Positions 54,301 through 64,000 of a DNA stretch of 64,000 nucleotides are shown one piece after another. Both the position numbers and the translations under genes were made by a program. The notes beneath the pieces are model-generated. The model did no database searches, was not told where the DNA came from, and was given only the letters and a program-made list of their open reading frames with translations. The stretch comes from a bacterium (GTDB lineage Bacteria; SAR324; JACQKK01), in assembly GCA_965240465.1 (NCBI GenBank), contig OZ251219.1, forward strand, positions 640,001 to 704,000, written 5' to 3'. Each line of letters begins with the position of its first letter. Within the stretch, counting starts at the first letter, position 1.

Positions 54301-57300
54301 TCAGTTACTAGTAGCTATGCTTCTACCACCAAATATGGCAGCGTGGGGGTTCTGGCAGGCATGAGTCATGGAACAATATCCGGTGTTTCGGTTACTGGGA
54401 TCTCGGTTACTGGTGTCCCTGGTAATGGGTATTTTGGCGGCTTGGTAGGTTGGAGTGATTCGGGCAAAATCCAAAATAGCTATGCCACTGGCTATGCTTA
54501 CGGTACTATTGGTGATAACTCTGTGGGCGGCTTGGTGGGTAGAAATGATGCCCTCATACAAAATAGCTACGCCGCTGTGAAGGTCATTGGTGCTGGTGGC
54601 ACTGACCGGGTGGGCGGCTTGGTGGGTGATTCTAGTAGTGATGCCTACATTCAGAATAGCTATGCCACTGGCGATGCTTCTGGCGATGCGGGTAGAGACT
54701 TGGTGGGTGGCTTGGTGGGTTATATCGCGTCTGGAACAACCATCCAGAATAGCTATGCCACTGGCTCTGCCAATGGTGGTGATGATGATGGAGATAATGT
54801 GGGCGGCTTGGTGGGTTATATTATGTCTGGAGCCATCCAGAACAGTTATTCCATAGGTGTTGCTGATGGCGGCGCCGGAGATGCTAACTCTGTGGGTGGC
54901 TTGGTAGGTTATCTTGATGTGGGGACAGTCCAAAATAGCTATGCCACTGGTTCTGCTAATGGCAGTGCGGGTAATGGTGACTCTGTGGGCGGTTTGGTGG
55001 GGTATGTTGCAGGTGGGACCTCCCAGGACGTGGCAACTCTCCAGAACAGTTATTCCCTAAGTGTTGTTAACGGTGGTGATGGAGACGATAGGGTGGGCCG
55101 CTTGGTTGGTGCTAAAGGAGCTGGTACAATTGGAATTACCAGCAACTATTATGATAGTGCTACTAGCAAACTGGTTTTCAGTACCGCAGACACCATATTA
55201 GCCCTTGTAGACACCGAGGCTAAGGGCAAAACCAACGCTGAGATAAGAGCCTTGACTGCTACCACCACCGAAGATGACTTTACAGGTGATAATAATGGCT
55301 GGAGTGAGAACAACTGGCAGTTCACAGCTGGTTTATACCCCAGTTTGAAGTCTTACAAAACAACCACTAACAATAACGTAGTCTCCCAAGTTGCGGGTGT
55401 TTTGCTCTGTGGACAATCTGGCAACTTCTTTCAGTGTAGTGACACCGATGGCGACAATGATGGAGTGAAGGATGGTGATGCAGATGGAAACGCTCTGGAC
55501 CTATGTCCTCGTAGCCCTTCCAGCTTCACCAGCTCCTCCACCACCGACGCTGATGGCGATGGTTGCCAAGATGGAGTAGGAAACGAAGACAAAGATGGTG
55601 GCACTGGTGAAGACACGGATAATGATGGCAAATATGGTAATGACCCCAATGATAGCACCATTAGGCTTGATAAGTGCGAAGACGGCGACAAAGGCTGGAC
55701 TAGCACCACCACCACCGATATTGATGGCGATGGTTGCCAAGACTCTGGCGAAGATAACGATGATGACGACGATAACATAATTGACACTGATGACCTATGC
55801 CCTCTTGTCGCTGCTACTACTGATGCTGATAACGATGGTTGCCAAGATAGTGGCACTGGTGGCGGTGGCGGCGGCGGTGGTGGCACGGGCGGCGGTGGCA
55901 CTGGCGGCGGCGGTACCGATGTGGATGCTGACGGCGACGGTCTGATAGAGATTTCCACTGCTGAGGAGCTGAACAATATCCGCTACGATCTGGACGGCAG
56001 TCATTATGATGATGAAGAAGATGATGGCACCGGTAATATAGGCTCCAATGCAGGCTGTCCCAGTACAGGTTGCATAGGCTATGAACTAGTTGGTAACATT
56101 GACTTAGGAGCCCTCGTTGACCCTGCTACCAGTAACTGGGACCCCATTGAGGGAGAATTTACCGCCACCTTAGAAGGCGGTTACAAAACCATCAGTAACC
56201 TAGTCATTAAAAGTGATGCTGAATACACGGGCTTCTTTACAAGCTTGGGTATCGACGGCATAGTCCAAAACTTGTCCTTTGCAACAGGTTCAGTTACTGG
56301 TAGCTACACCGGATATGGCGATGTGGGGCTTCTGGCAGGCACTAGTGATGGAACAATATCAGGTGTTTCGGTTACTGGGATCTCGGTTTCTAGCAGCACG
56401 GGTACTAGTGGCTCTGTGGGCGGTTTGGTAGGGAATAGCTATGATGGTACTATAGAAAATAGCTATGTCACTGGAAATATCACTGGTAGTGATGGTGAAG
56501 ACTATGTGGGCGGCTTAGTGGGATATCTTGATGTCGATGGTACCATCAAAGATAGCTATGCCACTGGTGTTACCGATGGCGGTAATGGTAGAAACTATGT
56601 GGGCGGCTTGGCAGGTTATGGTGCTGGCATCATAGAAAATAGCTATGCCACTGGAAATGTCATTGGTGGTGATGGTGATGGAAACTTTGTGGGCGGCTTG
56701 GTAGGTGATAATAGAGCCACCATCCGAAATAGCTATGCCACTGGTGCTACCGATGGCGGTAATGGTAGAGACAATGTGGGCGGCTTGGCAGGTTATAGTG
56801 CTGGCATCATAGAAAATAGCTACGCCACTGGAAATATCACTGGTAGTGATGGTGGAGACAATGTGGGCGGCTTGGTGGGTTATATTACGTCTGGAACCAT
56901 CCAGAACAGTTATTCCCTAAGTGTTGTTAATGGTGGTGATGGAAACGATAATGTGGGCCGCTTGGTTGGTTTTAAGGGAACTGGTACAATTGGAATTACC
57001 AGCAACTATTATGATAGTGCTACTAGCAAACTGATTTTCAGTACCGCAGACACCATATTAGCCCTTGTAGACACCGAGGCTAAGGGCAAAACCAACGCTG
57101 AGATAAGAGCCTTGACTGCTACCACCACCGAAGATGACTTTACAGGTGATAATAATGGCTGGAGTGAGAACAACTGGCAGTTCACAGCTGGTTTATACCC
57201 CAGTTTGAAGTCTTACAAAACAACCACTAACAATAACGTAGTCTCCCAAGTTGCGGGTGTTTTGCTCTGTGGACAATCTGGCAACTTCTTTCAGTGTAGT

Positions 57301-59268
57301 GACACCGATGGCGACAATGATGGAGTGAATGATGGTGATGCAGATGGAAACGCTCTGGATCTATGTCCCCGTAGCCCTTCCGGCTTCACCAGCTCCTCCA
57401 CCACCGACGCTGATGGCGATGGTTGCCAAGATGGAGCAGGAAACGAAGACAAAGATGGTGGCACTGGTGAAGACACGGATAATGATGGCAAATATGGCAA
57501 TGACCCCAATGATAGCACCATTAAGCTTGATAAGTGCGAAGACGGCGACAAAGGCTGGACTAGCACCGCCACCACCGATATTGATGGCGATGGTTGCCAA
57601 GACTCTGGCGAAGATAACGATGATGACGACGATAACATAATTGACACTGATGACCTATGCCCTCTTGTCGCTGCTACTACTGATGCTAATAACGATGGTT
57701 GTACAGACATCGCCGATAAAGATAACGATGGCATAGACGACGCCACTGATGTAGATGACGACGGCGACGGTCTGATAGAGATTTCCACTGCTGAGGAGCT
57801 AAACAACATCCGCCATAATTTAAGAGGCATGTACTATGATGATGAAGAAGATGATGGCACCGGTAATATAGGCTCCAATGCAGGCTGTCCCAGTGCAGGT
57901 TGCATAGGCTATGAACTAGTCAATAACATTGACCTAGGAGCCCTCGTTGACCCTGCTACCAGTAACTGGACCCCCATTGAGGACTATTTTTCCGCTACCT
58001 TTGAAGGCAATAACAACACCATCAGTAACCTGATCATTTCCACCACTAATACCCGAAACACCGGCTTCTTTGAATCCTTGAGGGATACTGCCACAGTTAA
58101 AAAATTGTTCTTTGTAGGAGGTTCAGTTACTGGTAGCTATGATGACGGCGCGGTGGGAGTTCTGATAGGCAATAATAGAGGAAAAATATCCGAGGTTTTT
58201 GCTACTGGAATATCGGTTTCTGCTGGTGATGGTAGAGACAATGTGGGCGGCTTGGTAGGTTATAGTACTGGCACCATCCAAAATAGCTCCGCCACTGTAA
58301 ACACCAGTGGCGGAGCGGGTGATGGTGACAATGTGGGTGGCTTGGTAGGTTATAATGGCGGCACCATCCAAGATAGCTCTGCAGCTGGAAATACCTATGG
58401 CAATGCTGGTAGAGACAATGTGGGCGGCTTGGTAGGTTATAATAACGGCACCATCCAAGATAGCTCTGCCATTACTGGCTCTGCTACTGGAGGAACTGAG
58501 GGAATCTTGGTTTCTGCTAGTAGTAGTAACTATGACAGTGTAGGTGGCTTGGTTGGTGATAACGATGGCGGTACCATCCAAAATAGCTCCGCCACCGTTT
58601 CTGTCGTTGGCGGTGCTGATAACTTTGATAAGGTGGGTGGCTTGGTGGGTAATAGTCGTAGCAGCGGCATCATCCGAAATAGCTATGCCACTGGCTCTGC
58701 TGATGGCAATGCTGGTTATAGCGACTATGTGGGTGGCTTGGTAGGTTATCTTGATGGGGGGACAGTCCAAAATAGCTATGCCATTGGTTCTGTTAATGGC
58801 GGTACTGGCAGGGACTATGTAGGTGGCTTGTTAGGATATATTGTGTTTGGAACCCTAAAAAACAGTTATTCCCTAAATACTGTTGATGGGGGAGAGGGAG
58901 AAGATGATATTGGCCGCTTGTTTGGTTATAAAGGAGATGGTTTGTCTGGTACGATTGCGATTACCGGCAACTATTACGATAGTGCTACTAGCAAACTGGT
59001 TTTCAGTACCGCAGACACCATATTAGCCCTTGTAGACACCGAGGCTAAGGGCAAAACCAACGCTGAGATAAGAGCCTTGACTGCTACCACCACCGAAGAT
59101 GACTTTGCAGGTGATAACAATGGCTGGAGTACTAACAACTGGAAATTCACTGACGGCAAATACCCCAGCCTGAAGTCCTACAAGGTGGATGTCAACGATG
59201 CCCAAATCGCAGGCACTCTACTCTGTGGGCAATCACCCGTGGCTGACTTCGTTCAGTGTATACCCTAG
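51385..59268 (+). CDS. Giant surface lipoprotein (2627 aa): four GLUG-repeat modules alternating with Asp/Cys-rich TSP3-like linkers
   Basis: Lipobox ILASC plus poly-Gly; repeated VGGLVG.N...I.NSYATG (GLUG); D.DGDGCQD and D.CP repeats; module heads GLIEISTAEEL at 51913, 53947, 55939, 57769. Confidence 0.88.
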   Translation: MRKLFLQHWRLLAGLIITIILASCGGGGGGSGGSGSIDTDGDGIADFEADGTTKKDLCSPSEDEKFVSTPITDYDRDGCEDAGEDEDDDNDGINDFNDSGIKLDKCSTSPTGFTSSTATDADGDGCQDSGTGGAVGEDMDGGAGTDTDNDGQPDDDDDDDDNDTILDGNDLDDNGNGLIEISTAEELGNIRYDLDGSHYDEEEDDLGDKVGSDAGCPTTVGCIGYELVDNIDLGAPVATATSNWEPIDGEFTATLEGNNYTISNLTINSGTQYTSFFTVLGNRGTVRNLSFVAGSVTSSYTLAPTNNFSHVGVLVGSSSGKISKVSANLLIFVSPSNNDYVGGLVGFNDGIIQDSYVTGTVNGGDGSNGSVGGLVGSNSLSGTIQDSYATGTVNGGDGNEVSVGGLVGFNNGIIQNSSAAGTVNGGDGNEVSVGGLVGLNSLGGIIQDSYATGSVNGGAGNEISVGGLAGTSSGTIGNSFATGNATGNVGNASFVGGLVGYILEKNTIGNSFATGNATGGAGNNDWVGGLVGNVDAGTIQNSYSIGVADGGAGDFDFVGGLVGYIASGTIQNNYSLSVVNGGDGDDRVGSLIGNTRDDTITITGNYYNSDSELNGEKIKSFTGPEATGKTSTQLKELNANTTASDFGTDGWSTNNWNFGSNKQYPSLRSYQDNPPGVQTEGDLLCRQDINFVQCSDTDGDNDGVKDGDADGNPLDLCPRSPSGFTSSSTTDADGDGCQDGAGNEDKDGGTGEDTDNDGKYGNDPNDSTIRLDKCEDGDKGWTSTTTTDIDGDGCQDSGEDNDDDNDNIIDTDDQCPLVAATTDANNDGCTDIADIADKDNDGIDDATDVDDDGDGLIEISTAEELNNIRYDLDGSHYDEEEDDLGDKVGSDAGCPTTVGCIGYELVDNIDLGAPVATATSNWEPIDGEFAATLEGNNNTISNLILSTTTQHTGFFTRLGSTSTVRNLSFVTSSVTSSYASTTKYGSVGVLAGMSHGTISGVSVTGISVTGVPGNGYFGGLVGWSDSGKIQNSYATGYAYGTIGDNSVGGLVGRNDALIQNSYAAVKVIGAGGTDRVGGLVGDSSSDAYIQNSYATGDASGDAGRDLVGGLVGYIASGTTIQNSYATGSANGGDDDGDNVGGLVGYIMSGAIQNSYSIGVADGGAGDANSVGGLVGYLDVGTVQNSYATGSANGSAGNGDSVGGLVGYVAGGTSQDVATLQNSYSLSVVNGGDGDDRVGRLVGAKGAGTIGITSNYYDSATSKLVFSTADTILALVDTEAKGKTNAEIRALTATTTEDDFTGDNNGWSENNWQFTAGLYPSLKSYKTTTNNNVVSQVAGVLLCGQSGNFFQCSDTDGDNDGVKDGDADGNALDLCPRSPSSFTSSSTTDADGDGCQDGVGNEDKDGGTGEDTDNDGKYGNDPNDSTIRLDKCEDGDKGWTSTTTTDIDGDGCQDSGEDNDDDDDNIIDTDDLCPLVAATTDADNDGCQDSGTGGGGGGGGGTGGGGTGGGGTDVDADGDGLIEISTAEELNNIRYDLDGSHYDDEEDDGTGNIGSNAGCPSTGCIGYELVGNIDLGALVDPATSNWDPIEGEFTATLEGGYKTISNLVIKSDAEYTGFFTSLGIDGIVQNLSFATGSVTGSYTGYGDVGLLAGTSDGTISGVSVTGISVSSSTGTSGSVGGLVGNSYDGTIENSYVTGNITGSDGEDYVGGLVGYLDVDGTIKDSYATGVTDGGNGRNYVGGLAGYGAGIIENSYATGNVIGGDGDGNFVGGLVGDNRATIRNSYATGATDGGNGRDNVGGLAGYSAGIIENSYATGNITGSDGGDNVGGLVGYITSGTIQNSYSLSVVNGGDGNDNVGRLVGFKGTGTIGITSNYYDSATSKLIFSTADTILALVDTEAKGKTNAEIRALTATTTEDDFTGDNNGWSENNWQFTAGLYPSLKSYKTTTNNNVVSQVAGVLLCGQSGNFFQCSDTDGDNDGVNDGDADGNALDLCPRSPSGFTSSSTTDADGDGCQDGAGNEDKDGGTGEDTDNDGKYGNDPNDSTIKLDKCEDGDKGWTSTATTDIDGDGCQDSGEDNDDDDDNIIDTDDLCPLVAATTDANNDGCTDIADKDNDGIDDATDVDDDGDGLIEISTAEELNNIRHNLRGMYYDDEEDDGTGNIGSNAGCPSAGCIGYELVNNIDLGALVDPATSNWTPIEDYFSATFEGNNNTISNLIISTTNTRNTGFFESLRDTATVKKLFFVGGSVTGSYDDGAVGVLIGNNRGKISEVFATGISVSAGDGRDNVGGLVGYSTGTIQNSSATVNTSGGAGDGDNVGGLVGYNGGTIQDSSAAGNTYGNAGRDNVGGLVGYNNGTIQDSSAITGSATGGTEGILVSASSSNYDSVGGLVGDNDGGTIQNSSATVSVVGGADNFDKVGGLVGNSRSSGIIRNSYATGSADGNAGYSDYVGGLVGYLDGGTVQNSYAIGSVNGGTGRDYVGGLLGYIVFGTLKNSYSLNTVDGGEGEDDIGRLFGYKGDGLSGTIAITGNYYDSATSKLVFSTADTILALVDTEAKGKTNAEIRALTATTTEDDFAGDNNGWSTNNWKFTDGKYPSLKSYKVDVNDAQIAGTLLCGQSPVADFVQCIP
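53461..53946 (+). repeat. Near-identical ~0.4-0.5-kb linker cassette, copy 1; other copies start at 55432, 57292 and 62341
   Basis: CAGTGTAGTGACACCGATGGCGACAATGATGGAGTG... shared with few mismatches across both genes. Confidence 0.93.
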
Positions 59269-59290
59269 GCAGACGCCCCCGCAAAAAAAC

Positions 59291-59320
59291 TTGACACTAG
59301 TAGGTAAATTGGAGTATAAG
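59291..59320 (+). promoter_or_regulatory. Near-consensus sigma70 promoter of giant lipoprotein 2
   Basis: A7 tract, TTGACA-N18-TATAAG; GGAGG RBS at 59362-59366. Confidence 0.72.
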
Positions 59321-59373
59321 AACAGTACCACCCTGAGGCTACGTTTTTTATGACGATCTTGGGAGGAAAGCCC

Positions 59374-62300
59374 ATGAAAAAATTATCGCTGTTCTCAGCC
59401 AGTTGTATTCTCGCTATGTTCTTAGCTAGCTGTGGCATTGGCAGTATTGGTGATGCTGTCGGTGGCAGATATGCAGATACTGATACCGATGCCGATGGCG
59501 TTCCTGATAGACTAGATTCATGCCTCAACAGTATTGATGGAGCCTTCATCAGCAATAGTGAAGATGACTACGATGACGACGGCTGCCAAGACTCTGACGA
59601 AGACCTTGATGATGATAATGACAAAATCCCCGATGTGACAGACGCTTGTAAGAAAGGCGACACTGGCTGGACTAGCACCAACACCACCGACCATGATGGC
59701 GATGGGTGCCAAGATGACTCTGAAGACCCCGATGATGACAATGATGGCTTAGCCGATGCCGACGACTTCTGTGCCAAGGGTGAAAAAAACTGGAACAGAA
59801 ACAGCATCACCGACAAAGATGGCGATGGTTGCCAAGACTCAGGCGAAGATCTTGATGATGATGACGATGGGGTATCGGACAAGCTTGACCAATGCCCTGA
59901 CAACCCTTACGACTTTATCAGTAACAGTGCTAGCGACTACGACGGTGACGGCTGTGAAGACTCCGAAGACCCTGATGACGACAATGATGAAATTAATGAT
60001 TTTGATGGAGCAAATGTACTAGATAAATGCCCTAGGAGCATCGATAAAAACTTTGTCAGCAGTCCTGCCAATGACCGCGACAGTGATGGTTGCCAAGACT
60101 CAGGCGAAGATCTTGATGATGACGATGATGGCATATTAGACACCGTTGATATGGATGATGACAATGATGGAGTTGACGATGTGGACGCAAACCAAGAAAC
60201 TCTAGACCAATGTCCCAGCAGCCGCCCCAGCTTCACCAGCTCCCTTAACACCGACTTTGATGGCGATGGATGTGAAGACTCAGGCGAAGATCTTGATGAT
60301 GATAACGATGGGGTACCGGACAAGCTTGACCAATGCCCTGGAACATCTTTAAATTTCGCCAACGCTAGCGACTATGATAAAGATGGTTGCCGAGACCAAG
60401 ATGAAGATGATGATGACGATGACGATGGTAATCTTGATACTGACTATGACGGTGATGGAATAGGTGATAATGCAGATTCGGATGATGACAACGATACGAT
60501 TAATGATAAACTGGACGCATGCCAAAAAAGTGTTGATACAAGCTTCATTAGTGACAGCACCAATGACCTAGATAGAGATGGCTGCAAAGATAGTAGCGAA
60601 GATAGGGACCAAGGTAGAGGCACTGATTTAGACAATGATGGCATTGACGATGACGTTGATACAGATGATGACAATGACAATATTTTAGATGACGATGATG
60701 TGGATGATGATGGTGATGGTTTGATAGAGATAACCACTGCTGCCGAGCTGGACAATATCCGCTATGATTTGTATGGCACTCGCTATGATGATGAAGCAGA
60801 TGACACAGGAGACAATGCAGGCTCTAATGCAGGCTCTAATGCGGGCTGTCCCATCACAACAGGTTGCATCGGATATGAATTAACAACTGACATTACCTTC
60901 CCTGATCCCAGCAACTGGAATCCCGTTTTTGGAAGCTTTAAAGCTATCTTAGATGGCAATGATCACACCATCTATAACCTAACCATGGATAATTACGAGT
61001 TCCACATGGGCTTATTTAAAATCTTGGGTGCTAACGGCGTAGTCCGAAACTTGTCTTTTGTAAGAGGTTCAATTACTAGTAGATACATTTTAGACGATTA
61101 TTCATATATTGGGGTTCTGGTAGGCGTGAATTCTGGAACAATATCCGATGTTTCTGTGGAAGGGATATCAATGTCTGTCACCAATACTGGAAAAGGTTCC
61201 GTGGGCGGCTTGGTAGGTTACAATAATGGCGGTACCGTCCAAAATAGCTCTGCCGCTGGAAATGTAGATGGTGGTAGCGGTGGTGGAGATATTGTGGGCG
61301 GCTTGGTAGGTTACAATGATCGCGGTATCATCCAAGATAGCCATGCCACTGGAAATATCACTGGTCATGATGGTAATGCTGATAGGGTAGGCGGCTTGGT
61401 AGGTCACAATTATAAAGGCACCATAAAAAATAGTTATGCCACTGGAAATATCACTGGTGATGGTGGTAATGATGATAGGGTAGGCGGCTTGGTAGGTGAG
61501 AATAGGAATGGTCTCATCGAAAATAGTTATGCTACTGGATATACTTCTGGCGGTGATGGCGCACAAGATAGGGTGGGCGGCTTGGTAGGTCACAACCTCG
61601 GTATCATCCAAAATAGTTATGCCACTGGAAATGCTTCTGGCAATAATGGTTATAAAGATACTGTGGGCGGCTTGACAGGTTACAATCAAGATATCATCCA
61701 AAATAGCCATGCCACCGGCAATTCTTCTGGCGGTAATGGTGATAGAGACTATGTGGGTGGCTTATCGGGTTATAATGATGGCGGCGTCATCCGAAATAGC
61801 TATGCCACTGGCGATTCTTTCGGCGGTAATGGTGGAGACCTTGTAGGTGGTTTAACTAGTGGTAATAAGAATTCCTCCATCGAAGATAGCTATGCTACTG
61901 GCAATGTTTATGGCGATGCTGGAAATGACTTGTCGGGTGGCTTGGTGGGATATTTTTCTGATGGAACCATCAAGAGAAGTTATTCCTTAGGTATTGTTGA
62001 TGGTGGTGATGGCAACGATAATGTGGGCCGCTTGGTTGGTTTTAAGGGAACTGGTACAATTAAAATTACCGGCAACTATTATGATAGTGCTATTAGCAAA
62101 CTGGTTTTCAGTACCGCAGACACCATATTAGCCCTTGTAAACACCGAGGCTAAGGGCAAAACCAACGCTGAGATGAGAGCCTTGACTGCTACCACCACCG
62201 AAGATGACTTTACAGGTGATAATAATGGCTGGAGTGAGAAGAACTGGCAGTTCACGGCTGGTTTATACCCCAGTTTGAGGTCTTACAAAACAACCACTAG

Positions 62301-64000
62301 CAATGGTGTTTTGCTCTGTGGACAGCCTAGCAACTTCGTTCAGTGTAGTGACACCGATGGCGACAATGATGGAGTGAATGATGGTGATGCAGATGGAAAC
62401 CCTCTGGATCTATGTCCCCGTAGCCCTTCTGGCTTCACCAGCTCCTCCACCACCGACGCTGATGGCGATGGTTGCCAAGATGGAGCAGGAAACGAAGACA
62501 AAGATGGTGGCACTGGTGAAGACACGGATAATGATGGCAAATATGGCAATGACCCCAATGATAGCACCATTAAGCTTGATAAGTGCGAAGACGGCGACAA
62601 AGGCTGGACTAGCACCGCCACCACCGATATTGATGGCGATGGTTGCCAAGACTCTGGCGAAGATAACGATGATGACGACGATAACATAATCGACACTGAT
62701 GACCTATGCCCTCTTGTCGCTGCTACTACTGATGTTAATAACGATGGTTGTACAGACATCGCCGATAAAGATAACGATGGCATAGACGACGCCACTGATG
62801 TAGATGACGACGGCGACGGTCTGATAGAGATTTCCACTGCTGAGGAGCTAAACAACATCCGCCATAATTTAAGAGGCAGGTACTATAGTGATGGCACCGG
62901 TAATATAGACTCTAATACAGGCTGTCCCAGTACAGGTTGCATAGGCTATGAACTAGTCGATAACATTGACCTAGGAGCCCTGGTTGACCCTGCTACCAGT
63001 AACTGGACCCCCGTTGAGGGCTATTTTTCCGCTACCTTTGAAGGCAATAACAACACCATCAGTAACCTGATCATTTCCACCACTAATACCCGAAACACCG
63101 GCTTCTTTGAATCCTTGAGGGATACTGCCACAGTTAAAAAATTGTTCTTTGTAGGAGGTTCAGTTACTGGTAGCTATGATGACGGCGCGGTGGGAGTTCT
63201 GGTAGGCAATAATAGAGGAAAAATATCCGAGGTTTTTGCTACTGGAATATCGGTTTCTGCTGGTGATGGTGAAGACAATGTGGGCGGCTTGGTAGGTTAT
63301 AGTAGTGGCACCATCAAAAATAGCTCTGCAACTGGAAATACCGATGGCAATGCTGGTATTGACAATGTGGGTGGCTTGGTAGGTTATCTTGATGGGGGGA
63401 CAGTCCAAGATAGCTCTGCCACTGTGAATACCAGTGGCGGTACTGGTAGAGACAATGTGGGTGGCTTGATAGGTTACAATGGCGGCACCGTCAAAAATAG
63501 CTCTGCAACTGGAAATACCGATGCCAATGGCAATGCTGGTATTGACAATGTGGGTGGCTTGGTAGGTTATAATAACAGCACCGTCCAAGATAGCTCTGCC
63601 ACTGTAAATACCAGTGGTGGTGATGATAATGACTCTGTGGGCGGATTGGTAGGTTATAATAGCGTCACTGGCACCGTCCAAGATAGCTCTGCCATTGGCT
63701 CTGCCACTGGTTCTGTTAATGGTGGTGCTGGTAATAGTGACTCTGTGGGCGGCTTGGTAGGTTTTAATGGCAGCATCATCCGAAATAGCTCCGCCACTGT
63801 TTCTGCCGTTGGCGGTGATGGTGACCATGATAAGGTAGGTGGCTTGGTGGGTTATAATCGTAGTAGCGGCATCATCCGAAATAGCTATGCTACTGGCTCT
63901 GCTGATGGCAATGCTGGTAATAGTGACTCTGTGGGTGGCTTGGTAGGTTATCTTGATGGGGGGACAGTCCAAAATAGCTACGCCACTGGTTCTGTTAATG
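59374..64000 (+). CDS. Second giant GLUG/TSP3-like lipoprotein (>1540 aa, 3' end outside window; absent from the ORF track)
   Basis: ATG 59374 MKKLSLFSASCILAMFLASC lipobox; same frame reads GTVQNSYATGSVN at the window end; module heads at 60718 and 62818. Confidence 0.88.
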   Translation, partial: MKKLSLFSASCILAMFLASCGIGSIGDAVGGRYADTDTDADGVPDRLDSCLNSIDGAFISNSEDDYDDDGCQDSDEDLDDDNDKIPDVTDACKKGDTGWTSTNTTDHDGDGCQDDSEDPDDDNDGLADADDFCAKGEKNWNRNSITDKDGDGCQDSGEDLDDDDDGVSDKLDQCPDNPYDFISNSASDYDGDGCEDSEDPDDDNDEINDFDGANVLDKCPRSIDKNFVSSPANDRDSDGCQDSGEDLDDDDDGILDTVDMDDDNDGVDDVDANQETLDQCPSSRPSFTSSLNTDFDGDGCEDSGEDLDDDNDGVPDKLDQCPGTSLNFANASDYDKDGCRDQDEDDDDDDDGNLDTDYDGDGIGDNADSDDDNDTINDKLDACQKSVDTSFISDSTNDLDRDGCKDSSEDRDQGRGTDLDNDGIDDDVDTDDDNDNILDDDDVDDDGDGLIEITTAAELDNIRYDLYGTRYDDEADDTGDNAGSNAGSNAGCPITTGCIGYELTTDITFPDPSNWNPVFGSFKAILDGNDHTIYNLTMDNYEFHMGLFKILGANGVVRNLSFVRGSITSRYILDDYSYIGVLVGVNSGTISDVSVEGISMSVTNTGKGSVGGLVGYNNGGTVQNSSAAGNVDGGSGGGDIVGGLVGYNDRGIIQDSHATGNITGHDGNADRVGGLVGHNYKGTIKNSYATGNITGDGGNDDRVGGLVGENRNGLIENSYATGYTSGGDGAQDRVGGLVGHNLGIIQNSYATGNASGNNGYKDTVGGLTGYNQDIIQNSHATGNSSGGNGDRDYVGGLSGYNDGGVIRNSYATGDSFGGNGGDLVGGLTSGNKNSSIEDSYATGNVYGDAGNDLSGGLVGYFSDGTIKRSYSLGIVDGGDGNDNVGRLVGFKGTGTIKITGNYYDSAISKLVFSTADTILALVNTEAKGKTNAEMRALTATTTEDDFTGDNNGWSEKNWQFTAGLYPSLRSYKTTTSNGVLLCGQPSNFVQCSDTDGDNDGVNDGDADGNPLDLCPRSPSGFTSSSTTDADGDGCQDGAGNEDKDGGTGEDTDNDGKYGNDPNDSTIKLDKCEDGDKGWTSTATTDIDGDGCQDSGEDNDDDDDNIIDTDDLCPLVAATTDVNNDGCTDIADKDNDGIDDATDVDDDGDGLIEISTAEELNNIRHNLRGRYYSDGTGNIDSNTGCPSTGCIGYELVDNIDLGALVDPATSNWTPVEGYFSATFEGNNNTISNLIISTTNTRNTGFFESLRDTATVKKLFFVGGSVTGSYDDGAVGVLVGNNRGKISEVFATGISVSAGDGEDNVGGLVGYSSGTIKNSSATGNTDGNAGIDNVGGLVGYLDGGTVQDSSATVNTSGGTGRDNVGGLIGYNGGTVKNSSATGNTDANGNAGIDNVGGLVGYNNSTVQDSSATVNTSGGDDNDSVGGLVGYNSVTGTVQDSSAIGSATGSVNGGAGNSDSVGGLVGFNGSIIRNSSATVSAVGGDGDHDKVGGLVGYNRSSGIIRNSYATGSADGNAGNSDSVGGLVGYLDGGTVQNSYATGSVN

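Noticed and set aside
51603-63972. Many antisense and alternate-frame ORFs over the giant genes
   Set aside because: Shadows of repetitive GAT/GGT-rich codon usage; they recur with the repeats and resemble no known protein
51385-64000. Diversity-generating retroelement acting on the GLUG repeats
   Set aside because: No reverse transcriptase in the window; differences between copies include indels and do not look adenine-restricted

Overview
A 64-kb stretch of bacterial chromosome. Gene content suggests a deltaproteobacterial/SAR324-like, possibly host-associated lineage (inference only). About 51 kb is housekeeping genes in fragmented operons: murD 3' end, ihfA, an MltD-like LysM transglycosylase, ubiE, an AICAR-transformylase-only purH, an LPP20/TPR-SLH/FlgT-like cluster, LOG, mlaF, tRNA-Ser(GGA), uppS-like, rplY-pth-rpsF-rpsR-rplI, nuoEFG-JKLMN, thiE, dnaB, hemA/hemD, pgsA, tgt and rpmI-rplT. 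The last 13 kb holds two tandem giant GLUG/Asp-rich modular lipoprotein genes; the second is missing from the ORF track because it runs off the window. Most unusual signals: (1) a kilobase-scale saw-tooth G/T-to-C/A strand skew that appears independent of gene orientation; (2) more than 20 tandem repeat arrays, with units a multiple of 3 inside genes (adding low-complexity tails even to S6, NuoM and PgsA) and mostly 10-16 bp two-variant units between genes; (3) a pgsA repeat that amplifies an SD-like AGGA plus in-frame ATG seven times; (4) a clean 91-nt insertion that splits an LPP20-like gene and starts a translationally coupled mini-ORF; (5) mosaic recombination among GLUG modules; (6) a candidate 6S-like rod-shaped RNA. 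No CRISPR array, transposase, integrase or reverse transcriptase was seen. All family calls come from motif recognition by eye, not database searches.
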